Below are positions 26,905-38,980 of a stretch of 64,000 nt of DNA, one piece after another (the stretch's first letter is position 1; each line of letters opens with the position of its first letter). Source of the DNA: Felis catus (taxonomy: Eukaryota); contig NC_058368.1 in NCBI RefSeq assembly GCF_018350175.1, positions 56,360,001 to 56,424,000 of the forward strand. Direction: 5' to 3'. Made by a program: the position numbers and the translations under genes. The notes beneath the pieces were generated by a model. That model saw nothing but the letters and a program-made list of their open reading frames with translations, had not been told where the DNA came from and did no database searches.

Positions 26905-27900
26905 AGAAAGAACCAAGGCTCTATTGAGAAAGATCTGAATCTAGGACTGGGGCAGGAAATGTAAAAGATGAACCATGAACATTTTCTTGTGCTATGAGTG
27001 AAGAAGTGCTTAAGACCAAACAAACAAACAAACAAACAAACAAACACCACAACAGATGGGACTATGTCAAAGGGACACAGAAGTTAAGTGAAAAAGCTTC
27101 CAATGTCCAAAGTCAGAAAGAAATTAGCAACAAAGTATTATCAAATTATAACCTACAGTATAAATGAATGTCTATAGATCCATACTGATATAAATAAATA
27201 ATTGAATAAATGAATGAGGAGTAATAGACAGATCTACTATGAAGAAAAAATCCAAATAATTTGGATAGATACTTCCCTATCAAAGAGATGGAGTGCAAAT
27301 TCTTACACCTTGAGTGAAGACCACATGTAGTGACATCCTTCCAAAAACATGGTATGCACACAGGGGGAAACGGGTAACTGCACAGTGGAGAAATTTGACA
27401 AATGTCAGCCAGATGGTCAAGTTTAATATGAACAGTGATAAATTTTGCTGATGTACGTACCCTTGATATGATGTGATGAGAATGTTACCATGCTGCAATG
27501 GTCCTTCATCGCAAAATCATAGCCCCAGTTAAATCATGAGTGAAACATCAGACAAATCCTAATTGAAGCCCATTCTTCAAAATACCTGACAAGTACTCTG
27601 CAAACTCAAAAACAAGAGAAGACTGAAAAGTTGCCCACAGCCAAACTGAAATAGAAGGGGACATAATGATACATCGTGGGACCTTGTATAGAATCTTGTA
27701 CCTGGAAGAGGACATTAGGTAAACACTATGGAAATGTGGTCATATTGTTGACTTAATGCATTGACATTAGTTCATTAACTATAACATGTCTTACTAAGGA
27801 AAACTAAGCATGAGGTATATGGAAACTCTGGACTTTATTTTCACTTTTTTTCCGGAAAAAACTAAAATATTCTGAAATAAAAAAAAGTTTATTAAAAATT
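26905..27900 (+). mobile_element. Old L1 3'UTR (L1MC/L1MD-like)
   Basis: ctaggactggggcaggaaatgtaaaagatgaacc, atgtcaaagggacacagaag, aacatcagacaaatcctaattga, terminal ggaaactctggact...tattctgaaataaaaaaagtttatt. Confidence 0.8.
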
Positions 27901-28082
27901 AAAATGTAATTACATTTTAGTTCCTCAATCATAATAACCACAATTGAAATGCTCAATATCCACAGGTAGCTGTGACTATTGGATGGCACAAATATAGAAC
28001 ATGGCCCTAACTGCACAATTACACCTTGTGCAGTATACCTTGTGCAATTATACCTTGTGCAGTATACCTAAGACTGGGCAGT
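27900..28082 (-). mobile_element. MER3-like hAT-Charlie fragment with an internal tandem micro-insertion
   Basis: ttagttcctcaatcataataaccacaattgaaatgctcaatatccacaggtagc...tattggatggcacaaatatagaacat matches antisense MER3. Confidence 0.7.
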
Positions 28083-28773
28083 CTTATTCTAGACTTATTT
28101 TTCAGTTTATTTCGTCCCTCTTTTCACTAACCCAACCTCCATAATGAAGTTTAAAGTTGTAGATCTAGGGATGAAAATACTAGAAGATATATGCCTGATC
28201 TTCCTTTGCTGTTTCCACATTTCAGATATTTACGTTTAGTACTCTTACAAATTCGAAACATTTGGTCTTAAGTAATTATTGTTCCCCAAATTTTTAAAAG
28301 TGTATTTGGTGTCCAAAAAATATTATGAAGGGAGGATAAGATTCCAAAAGTACATTTAAATACCTTTCCATTGGTTTCTTGGGAATTTGATAAATACTGT
28401 GGTTTTCCAGATCATGAAGCCTCTGAGAATTTTGCTCATGGCACAGAACTGCAAATCTTTATCTGGAAGATTTTGTGAGAAAAAAAATCTGACTGCAATA
28501 GTGTCCATCATGTTTGTTACAGATAAAAGATTTCCTATATCATCCTTAAATAAAATCTGGTACCATATATGATATTAACACAAATGGCCACAAGCATTTT
28601 TAATGCATGCAATCTGGATGTAGCATTCCTAGTGTAACTGAAACCCAGAGCTCCCATCGTTTCTGAATATGTTTCTTCAGGGGATTTAGAGGAATTTCTT
28701 CAGAAGAAATTTCTTTAAGGGAAAATTTGTTTTCATCCCTACAGTAGGAATAAAAACAAAGAAATGAAAAAAA

Positions 28774-28988
28774 GGGGAACCTGGGTGGCTCAGTTGGTTG
28801 GGTGTCAGACTTTGGCTCAGGTCATGATCTTAGAGTCCTGAGTTTGAGCCCCATGTCAGGCTCTGTGCTGACAATGTAAAAGATGAACCATGAGCTTTTA
28901 CAAGCTCAGAGCCTGGATCCTCCTTCTGATTCTGTGTCTCCCTCTCTCTCTGCCCGTCTCCAGCTTGTGCTTTCTGCCTCTCTCTCCG

Positions 28989-29016
<28 letters not shown>
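28774..29016 (+). mobile_element. Can-SINE (feliform type) carrying a 30-nt non-SINE insertion
   Basis: Canonical head; core gctgac|agctcagagcctgg is split by 28873-28902; pure A-tail 28990-29016. Confidence 0.95.
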
Positions 29017-29019
<3 letters not shown>

Positions 29020-29809
29020 AAACACTGTAGAAATGTATAGATTTATTTACTCTGTTTCTAAATCAATATAAGTCAGAACAATCTTTTAATTTATACTGAA
29101 AACAATAAGTTCCCTACTCTACATGAAAGCAGCATTTTCCATTAAAGTATTATTATTATCAGGAATAATCCGTCTCTTTAGACTACGGATTATTTTCAAT
29201 GTAAAATTTTCTTTAAGAATCATTCTTAAAATTGCGTATTTTCTTTCACAGAGGTTCACACTGTCACATGACAGCTTTCTTATAATTCCAGAAATGGTGT
29301 GGTTGTTTCCATTAAATTAGAGTAATTTGCTATAAATTAAATAAGAATTATTTTCATATATTTAAATAAACTTCTGACTAAAATATTACAGTTCAATACT
29401 CTGTAAAATTTATTATATCACACAATTCCACTTATAGCTATCTTGTATTGGTTTTGAGCCTTCTATTTGCTGAAGGATATAGGACATTTATGTATCTTGG
29501 TAATTAATGATTAAGCTTAATTGGGTCATTACTGTGGCACATTCCAATTTGTACCTGTCTGGTGAATTTCAGGACTTGCTTCTTAACACGTGTCTGGGAT
29601 TTCCTGAAAAGTTCCTGGAAGAGAATTTATGCTAAAAGAAAACTTGAGCATGTATAATTTGATCCAGTAAAAAGGTCTCACACCTTACAAAAGGCACAGG
29701 AGTCATCACATACAGTCTTATCTGCCCCTCAGAAATATGCCTAGCCTAGCTCCATAAACAAGTTAATAGATCCTAGAGAAAGGACCATTAATTAAATTGG
29801 GAACAGCTT

Positions 29810-29985
29810 GGGGCACCTGGGTGGCTTAGTCGGTTAAGTGTCCAACTTCAGCTCAGGTCATGATTGCACAGCTTATGAGTTTGAGGCCCATGTCAGGCTG
29901 TGTGCTGACAGCTGTGTGTCTCCCTCTCTTTCTGCCCCTCCCCCCCCAGAAATAAATAATAAAGCATTATTATTATTTTTTTTAA
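29810..29985 (+). mobile_element. Can-SINE with internal deletion
   Basis: Head ggggcacctgggtggcttagtcgg; TSD-like aaattgggaacagctt / aagttaggaacacctt. Confidence 0.92.
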
Positions 29986-30466
29986 TAAGTTAGGAACACC
30001 TTCCCCCCCAGCCAAATTCTCGAAGACACTTGGTAGGGTAAGGACTTGTTTCTGTATTCTTTAAAAGTCATCCAAAAGTCATTGTTTGTGGACAAGATTC
30101 CAGTTCATTCACTGATGGTGGTAGTGGGGTGATGATGGAAAGCAATGACTTTAACGTCTGTGACAGTGAAGGACTTGGAGAGACAGGGAAGACCCAGCAG
30201 TGATAGCTAGTAGACAAGCTACAGGAGCTAGTAAATGAAGTTTTGGGATTATAAAACACACCCTGGGACATCTTAGAATACTTGGAACGAACTTTGAAAT
30301 GAAAGGAAGTCCCTGTTGCAAGTGAGTATCAGTCACTGTTCATATATTATGTTGTACACCCTCTAGTTGGTGAAGAAAACAAAACTGGTGTATAGAGGTA
30401 GGGTGATATAGGATGGTTGTGTTTTGAACCAAAACATACTGAACACATCAGCTGATTTTATAGACC

Positions 30467-30670
30467 TTTTTTTTTAAGTGTATCTATTCATTTTGAGAGA
30501 GAGCGTAAAAGGGAGGAGCAGAGAGAGAGGGAAAGAGAGAAAATTCCAAGCAGGGTCTGTGCTGTCAACACACAGCCCAACGTGGGGTTCAATCCTACAA
30601 ACCACACGATAGTGACCAGAGCCTAAATCAAGAGTTGGATGCTCAACCAACTGAACCACCCAGGCACCCC
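30467..30670 (-). mobile_element. Can-SINE (older subtype)
   Basis: atcaagagttggatgctcaaccaactgaaccacccaggcacccc head; GA tract. Confidence 0.93.
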
Positions 30671-32169
30671 TGATTTTTTAAGCTTTCTTAACATAAAAGA
30701 GTTAATTCATGATTCCAGTGCACCTTTATTTTCACCACTTATAGTTTCTTAAATGAGAAAAGAATACAGAGTTTCAACACACTAAATTTCCATACTAAGT
30801 TTGTTCTGCTTCTCTTTTCATACATAATGATCTAAAGATCAGTTACTTTTGGAATTCAAGGAAATAAAGGTGAAATCAGAAGCAGGGCCCAATATCATAA
30901 ATTGCCCCATCGTACCTTTCCTTCAAAATGGTCCCATACGATAAAATGTATTCCATCTTTTCCTTCTTATTTAGTAAAGGTATATGACTTTCCTGTCAGA
31001 ACCTTACAAAGGAAATGAAATTGTTGATATAACCTAGTATGCCCCAACTGGATATAATAGTGCTTTAACTTGAATTTTTGGTCTTTTCTCTTATTTTGTA
31101 TGACTTGAAAATTTTCATTCTCAATTTGTCACCCACATGGGAGAGAGGAAAACTAAAGAGTGCTGAAACACTGGGCTTATTTTCATTATCACAACAGACA
31201 TTCAGTGGGATTTCCGTGACTCTCCTTCCTTTACATCCTTTACTATCAGGGATCGTTATCAAGCCCAGGTTAACTTTTTCAGGGAAGATAAGGAACAAGT
31301 GGCTGTTTTCTATCCATGGAAAGATGAACATATAATCAGTGATTCAACAATAGAATGATACAGGCCCATTTTAGCAGATGATTTATACACAACTGAAGGG
31401 GGGGTGGGTGGTAATGTCTGTAAGAAATAGATGCCCAACTGGTTGTGATTTCAGTCACTGTTCTATCAACCCATGATTTTAAAAGTCAAGTAGGGAGTCA
31501 TATTGTTTTTCAATATATTTTCATGTTTGAATTACCTGCTAGAATGTGCAAAGAAACTGTTACCTAAAGTTTACTTTTTTCTTTTTTCTTCTTTTTTTTT
31601 TCTTTTTTTTTTTGAGGTTAAAAGGATACACACAAACCTCCAAATGTTTTGGTGGTGGTGGTGGTGGTGGTAGTTTGCATCTTGTGTTTTTTAAGGAGGT
31701 AGTGAGTGTTGTTCTCTCACATTCATAATATGAAGAATAACATTTTATAATGAAACAAGAAACTTAGTGGTTTAATTTCCCTTTACTTTTATATTATTTT
31801 TTTTCTCCTACCTAGGACTTCTTAAAGGGGGAAATAACATATATAGTAAGGACAAAATAAATCCATTTAATTTTTATGTGAAGAGTTAAGGACTACCGTC
31901 ATTCACAAGCCTTATGGTCATGAAGAAAGTCATTTTGTCTGTGGGCACTTACTTTATTTTCATCTAGTGAAAATTAGTGCATGTATCAGTTTTCATCAGT
32001 TGAGTACCAAGTTAACTTTGTAAACAACAGTGCTTGTAGTATATAAAGATTAATACCACAACTGACACACTGGCTCCAAAGAGAAGACTTTCCAATACAT
32101 TTTCTTTTGCTCTCTTTCAAGGTTATAAAAATTACCTAATTACTTCCATTTTTGGTTCCAATACATAAA

Positions 32170-33595
32170 GAGTTTGGACATGTCATTACTCCTACCTTGG
32201 TCACAAGGCAAACTACCACCCTGAGAGTTGGAGACAGGTGGATATAGAAAGTCATGGCTGGGATCTGCTTGTCTAGAGCAGAAGCTGCTGGAGCCATAAA
32301 CTGGTAGAGACACTTAAATGGTAATGTTGAAGAATAACCGAGGCTGAGTGTGCTCTACTGTGAACAGGAGAACCAAATGAGAACCGCAGCATTGGTGAGG
32401 GGAGAAGCTCTCAGTTTCTTGGGCTTTGCCTCCTGCAACTCATGGTGAAGAAACTGAGACCCATGTACTCATGACTCTTCAGGGGAGTAAAAGAATAATC
32501 CTTGTGATACATGTGCAGGTTCTTCTCCATAGTAAAAGGCTACTCTTCATGAGGGAGAAATTTTTCCAGAGACTTTCCCCACAGATGTAGAAGTGTACTT
32601 CTCCCACTCCAACCCCATTTATCCTTCATATGTCACCAAGAGAGAGAAAGACAGAAAGCCGTACAATAAGAAAAATGTGTGAAGCCCAGAGACATATGCC
32701 CACTAAAGTCTGTGGTTTAATTGGAAGATAATAGGATAATCTTCTTCTCCCAACCATTTGTCAGTACACCGACAGGACTCCAGTATAATCATAGTGGATT
32801 ACAGCTGAAAGAGTTGCAAGAGGCAGCCTTAACGTGAGAAGCAATTCTTAGCAAAGGCCGAAGTCAAGAGGAGACAAAAACGAGGACGCTGGAGAAACTT
32901 GAAGTCTCTGATACTGTAACTACAACAACATGAAGAAGAACAACACTCAACTTTTAGCAAGATTAACATAAATCCCCACACTGGCATTCTCTATTTACCA
33001 GTTCCTGTACCAGATACATGTCCAGGTTTCAAGGAAAAGTTATGATGCACACTAAAAGACCACACAACACACACACACACACACACACACATACACACAA
33101 ACACACACTGTCTGAAAGTGCAAAGCCAGCACCAGGACCAGCCTCAGATACGAAATAAATGCTCAAAGAGGGAATTTAAAATAATTAAAATGATTATGCT
33201 TAAGGTTTATAGTAGATCATGTAGATAGCATACAAAAATAAATGGGTACTGGGGCACCCAGGTGGCTCAGTCAGTTAAGCATCTGACGTCAGCTCAGATC
33301 ATGATCTCACGGTTCGTGAGTTTGAGCCCTATGTCGGGCTGTCTGCTGTCAGTGCAGAGCCTGCTTCAGATCCTCTGTCTCCCTCTTTCTCTGCCCCTCC
33401 CCCACTCATGTGTATGGGTTCTCTTCCTCTCTCTCTCAAAAATAAATGAACATTAGAAAATACTTTTAAAAAGAGAATAAATGGGTACTACATGTAAAGA
33501 AATTAAAATTCCATGAGAGTCAATAGGATATATTAGAATTCAAAAAAACACTGTAACAAATGAACTGTGTCTCTTACGGGCTTATCAATTGCTGG
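32170..33595 (+). mobile_element. Old L1 (L1M) 5'UTR and degenerate ORF1 N-terminal region
   Basis: gcagaagctgctggagccataaactggtag 5'UTR-like block; gggaatttaaaataatt...tagatagcatacaaaaataaatgggta...aaacactgtaacaaatgaac...gggcttatca resembles the ORF1 coiled-coil region. Confidence 0.65.
33251..33475 (+). mobile_element. Can-SINE nested in L1 ORF1 remnant
   Basis: Perfect 14-bp TSD aataaatgggtact (33237-33250 / 33476-33489). Confidence 0.96.
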
Positions 33596-34700
33596 ATCAT
33601 ATGATAAGAATATCTTCAGTTTCATTAGAAACCTCCAAGCTGTCTTCCAAACTGGCTGTACTGTTTTGCATTTCTACCAGCAGTGAATGAGAGTTCCTGT
33701 TGCTCCACATTCTCACTTGCTTTGGCTGTTGTCAGTGTTCCTGAATTTGGCCATTCTAATATTTTTGCACTAGTGCCTCATTGTTCTTACTGGCATTTCC
33801 CTAGTGAAATATGATGTAGAGCATCTTTTCTTCTTAATTTGCCATCTAAGTGTCTTTGGTAAGAGGTCTGCAAAAGTCCTTAGATTTATTTTTTTATTTT
33901 TTAAATTTATTTTTTATTCTTTTTTTAATGTTTTTATTTTATTTTTGAGAGAGACAAAGCACAAGTGGGGGAAGGGCAGAGAGAGAGGGAAACACAGAAT
34001 CTGAAGCAGGCTCCAGGCTCTGAGCTGTCAGCACAAAGCCCGATGCAGGACTTAAACTCACAAACTGCGAGATCATGACCTGAACCGAAGTCGGACACTT
34101 ACCGACTGAGCCACCCAGGCACTTCTGAAGTCCTTGGACCCTTTTTAAATCAAGTTTTTTGTTTTCTTATTGTTGAATATTGAGTTCTTTGTATACTTTG
34201 GGTAACAATCCTTTATCAGATTTGTCTTTTACAAATATTTTCTCCCAGCTTGTCTTCTAATTCTGTTGACATTGTTTTCCACAAAGCATAAGTCCTTCAT
34301 TTAATGAAGTCCATCTTATCAATTATTTCTTTTATTGGTCATGACTTTGATGTTGTATCTAAAAAGTCATCACCATACCCAAATCAAATCTGGAGATTTC
34401 TAATGTTATTTTTTAGGAATTTTATAGCTTTACATTTTACATGTAGGTGTGTGATCTGTGTAGAGTTAATTCTTGTGAACAGTGTAAGGTTTGTGCCCAG
34501 ATACACTTTTCTGTCATGTGGATGTTCAGATGTTCCAGGACCATTCGTTAAAAAGACTGTCTCTGGTCCGTTCTGTTGCCTTGCTACTTTGTCAAATATC
34601 AGTTGACTACCTTTATGTGGATTGATTTCTGGGCTCTTTGTTCTGTTTCACTGATCTATTTATCTATTCCATTGCCAATACCACACTGTCTTTACATGAC
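33590..34700 (-). mobile_element. Old L1 ORF2 C-terminal fragment (L1MB/L1MC-like), antisense
   Basis: cagcagtgaatgagagttcctgttgctccacattctc, tgatgtagagcatcttttc, aatcctttatcagat, tttctgggctctttgttctgtttcactgatc...ccaataccacactgtctt. Confidence 0.88.
33886..34125 (-). mobile_element. Can-SINE (feliform type) nested in L1
   Basis: gaagcaggctccaggctctgagctgtcagcac core; TSD-like aagtccttaga / aagtccttgga. Confidence 0.95.
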
Positions 34701-35262
34701 AAATCTTTGCACTATAAGAATTAACCTATTAAAATTTGAAGTTGATTATCTTTTGGCTTAGATTAATTTATTCTTCTTAATCATTAATTTACTGACTTCC
34801 AAAGCTACATATTTAGGATTTTCTTTCTGTCAATAAAAATATACTATGCAGAGTTTTGTTGAAAATAAGAAAAAATAAGAAAAAAACATTATTTTGTTAA
34901 GAGGGAGAGAAACTTGTTTTATTCCCTGAAGTAGTATAACATTATAATTTCAATAAATACGATACAGCTTTTAAAAGCTTTGGGAAACCCTGAAGTATTC
35001 TTTAATTGTTTCATTTGTTTCATATTGCATATTTTAATAGTACCTAAAACAATGATTTGTTGTGACTGTTGGGAAATGCATATGTATTTTCACAAACTAT
35101 TTCAAATACACACCCTTATATATAAGTATTGCACTCTGTTTTTTCAAGAATGATTGGGTTTGACTATGTTTGAAATTGTTTGATAATTCAGAATTCTATT
35201 ACATTTGATATCTTTTGTTTTTATTTGGGCCCATACTGATTTGCCTCTCTTCAATATCTCTC

Positions 35263-35737
35263 TGAAGGGGCTCAGAACAGCCCCCCAGAATGTGCCACTT
35301 TGGCATGTGGATTATTTTGAGCTGAAGGCACTTGAGACCCTGAAGATTCAAGAGAAACTTTTGTCCCTTCCTTAACCACAGAGAAGAATCTAAATTGGGG
35401 CCTTTCCCAGAATAAGGATTATTAAGAAATGAATTTTTATCTGAGTGACCCATCTGTATGGTAAGGCAAACATCTAATTACCAAATACCTGCTCTTCTTA
35501 CCACCCTGTGTCGTGCATTCCTTCCTTCTGAAGTCCCAGAATCCGGCCCCCTTCTTCTTAGTCCAGAATGATATATAAACCTCATTTTTCCTGTCTTTGG
35601 AATTTCCATGTCCGTGTGGATTTCCCCCATGTATGCTCTTCAGTGTGATTTTCTCTTGTTAATCTTTCTCATGTCTATCTGCTTCTTAGTCCAGGTAGAA
35701 GCATCTTTGAGGTGATAGGAATCCTTTCTCCCCAACA
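35263..35737 (+). mobile_element. ERV1-class solo LTR (MER34-like)
   Basis: TG...CA termini; tgccactttggcatgtggattattttgagctgaaggcacttgaga; TATA-like gatatataaac (~35570); 4-bp TSD-like tctc/tctt. Confidence 0.85.
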
Positions 35738-37099
35738 TCTTATCATTTCCATCCATAAACAAATTTTACTGCTGTATCTTATCTTTCCTCAACTGTTATC
35801 TACCTCCAAACTACTAATTTAGAGCTTTCTAGTCAATATTCTTCTGCATTAAATCCCCAAATACAAACACTCCTATTTTTAAATTTTGAGGTTCTAGTTT
35901 CAAGCAGGAGAATACTCCACTGACTTACAGTCTACAAATTTAAAAGTAGAACAATTTCGGGAATTCCTTGGGTCTTCTGGTCTTAACAACTACAAAATAC
36001 ATGGAAAGGGATAATAACAGCAGATAGAGATCGCTGAGCAAATTCTAGCTGGCAGCTCAGTGCTAGGAGCCAGTCAGTCTCCATTGATTTTTAGTGTGTA
36101 TGCTCCTTGCTTACTCTAAAGCTGATTAAAAGAAAGCAGTGTCCTTTTTACTTTTTGTGTTGGGACACCAGAATTTGATTCATTTCAGATATATCCCATG
36201 ATATATTTGATATTTTGTAATCCATGAAACAAGGGGAGAAAATCCAGACATAAAAATATTTGATATTTCTGGGCATTCAGACCCAACTATTACATAAGAG
36301 TAAAATATTGCTATATATAAAGAATAGTTGGAGTTTGTGAAACATGAAAATGTGAGACTTACAGAGAGCCTTTACAAATTAGACATTAATTTAATTTTGA
36401 AAACTATATAACTCAAGATAGACTCTGCTATTTGCCCAAATATTTCATGGGAAAAGGTATTTTTAAATGATTTATTTTGTAGCTTCTTATATGTTTATAT
36501 TTAAAATATTTTAGCATTATCATAAAATATCTTAAATAACAAATATATAATATGCAAGCTTCTTCAAAAAATAATAAAATGCATTGCAATATAAACAGAA
36601 TTTATCATGATGTATGTGGAAGTAAAAGGCATAAACTATTAAACTTATTTTAAATCCAATGCTTGACTTTCCTCAGGTATTAGATATTTCAATTTTTAGG
36701 TTTTAAAAGTGATTACTCATTAATTTGTGTATGCAAAACACTCTACCTACAAAACAAAACAAAAAAAAACCCACCTTAAAATGTAGGTAATAGTTGAGAA
36801 GAAGAGACTCATAATAAGGAGTAAAGGCTTTATATTTTTTGACTAAAATCAGAGAAATTAAGTTATAATTAGGATATGAAGATAATAATGGCTAGATTAG
36901 TTTATTCACAATTAGAAAGTAGCAACTGACACAAAGTTAGGGCAACACATACCTCATTGACAAATTTTACTTAAGCTCATTTATGGTTTTACTTGTACAT
37001 CAGCCCACTATTAAGAGGTCCTTATAACAACAGGCTCCAGAATCTGGCCCAATTGGAATACAAAGCACTCCCATTTGCCCCACACCGTCCTCACCTTCT

Positions 37100-37980
37100 C
37101 TACCCCAAATCTCCTTCACTGTTGTCACAGTAGAGGCTTTAGCAATCTCGTCTCATGTTTCCTGGCATCTTTGGTAACACCTGATGGTCATAAAATGTCC
37201 ATGAACTTGCAAGAAACTATGTTACTTGGTTTTATACCATGTGCCATTTAGAGTGGTAATTATTGTTGTAGAATTAGCTCTCTGTTCTTGTGGCCTGCCT
37301 TTCCTCCAGTACAGAACATCTGAGCCACTAACTTGGAGGTGTGAGTGGAGACAGAGGTCTACTTTTGGAGTGACACTTCTTAGACAAAAGTAAGACCCTG
37401 GAAAAGGGTGGTGGGCTCCTGTCTTGTTGGCTTGTTTTTCCTGGAGCAGAATATTTGCCCTATGAACAAGTATGATGGCAACCAGATCCCCACTATCCTT
37501 AGTCTGTCAAAGCTGTGGTAGAGCCTTAGCTCTACAAGTGGAGACTGGGTCAAAGAAGAAATCCTACAAGGACTTGGCTGCACTCACCTATAATTTATCC
37601 TTTGTAACATAGCTGAGTGGAATGAGAAATGCTAGTAGCCTGCCTATCTCATGGAGATGCCATAGCCTTCAACTTTAAGTTGGGTGAAGGAAGGAGTTCT
37701 GTGTTCTTGGATGCACCCATCCAGAGTGCACTTTCTATTATGCTGAGCTAGAGAAGGAAGATAAGGAGCATGCTGTGGTATAAATGCCATCCTGCTTACT
37801 GAGGTTTAGCAGGCATTTTAAAAATAAAGCCTTCTTTATTTTCTGTATGCTTTTAGGTCAATTTTCAGAGATGTTCTATGGTTACATTTTTTAAAAAGAA
37901 TTTTCACCAATTGTGCCTGTTTCATTGGGGAGCAAGTCCCTGTAGCACTTCACAAAACTATTTTGAAAGTAGAACTCTCT
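37100..37980 (-). mobile_element. Probable old L1M 5' region, antisense
   Basis: Terminal aattttcaccaattgtgcctgtttcattggggagcaag...attttgaaagtagaactc resembles antisense 5' ends of ancient L1M/HAL1; highly diverged. Confidence 0.4.
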
Positions 37981-38437
37981 CATGAAAACCTTTCATGGTG
38001 ATAAAGTTAAAATAAATGTATGCAAACCATATTATACTTCTCTGATTTAAAAATACACAGCATAATGTATACCTTTTAAAAGAGTTTGTACCTATTGTTT
38101 TATATAAAAATTATTCTTTTACTTGGGATTTAAAATATTTAATAGTCCATTTTAATCCTCATTATTTTGCTCCTTTATATATGTATTTTTTTCTTCATAA
38201 ATGATTTAAACTAAGGAGAATTAGGAAGCATTCCTAAGTTCATAAAGTGGTAAAGCCAGAATTCAATTTCCATGGTATCAAATTTGAAATTGATTGCTCA
38301 TTGTTGCTATGTTCTAATAAATTTACGGATCAAGTTAATGTGATTAATAAGAAGTAACCAAACACATTCAAATGTGTTTTTGACAATATCCAGTATAGAT
38401 TATCTTAGTTTCTCATGTAGTTTGAGACTAGGTCACC

Positions 38438-38980
38438 TGTAATAGGACCAATTTGAATTCACTGATGTGGTATGAAGATTATATTAAGTTGAAAAACGTC
38501 AGAACAAACAGAAGCTACAAAAAGTAAAAAGACATATACAGAAAAAAAAAACCCTCACCTAAACTTTTCTTGCTGACTTAAGCAAAGCTCCTTCCCCCAT
38601 AAAAAAAAAAATGCATCATAATTCTCCTTTTCTGGAGATTTACAGCCAGAAAGGAGAGGCACCACTCACGCTTAGATAAGAATTTACATAAACACAACCT
38701 TATCAAAACTCCTTGTCTTCTACTTGTTTCTCCTCTTGTTTCTCATTGGTTTCTCATCATTTGCTTTCTATTGAGGTTCTAACTCCCTTTCTTCTTATGA
38801 TGATATATAAGCCTTTAATTCTAGCTGTTCAGGGAGTCACCTCTTTATGTGCTCCCATGTAGGAGAATACATTTTGCTTTCTTTACTGTTAATCCGCCTT
38901 TTGTCAGTTTACTCACAGACTCCCAACCACTAAACCACTAAACCTTAGATGGTAGGTGGAAAGTTTGTTTCCTTCCAACT
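38438..38980 (+). mobile_element. ERV1-class solo LTR (MER34/MER39-like)
   Basis: gattatattaagttgaaaaac, gatatataagcctttaattct (TATA), ctgttaatccgccttttgtcagtttactcacagactccc; same architecture as the 35.3 kb LTR. Confidence 0.65.
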
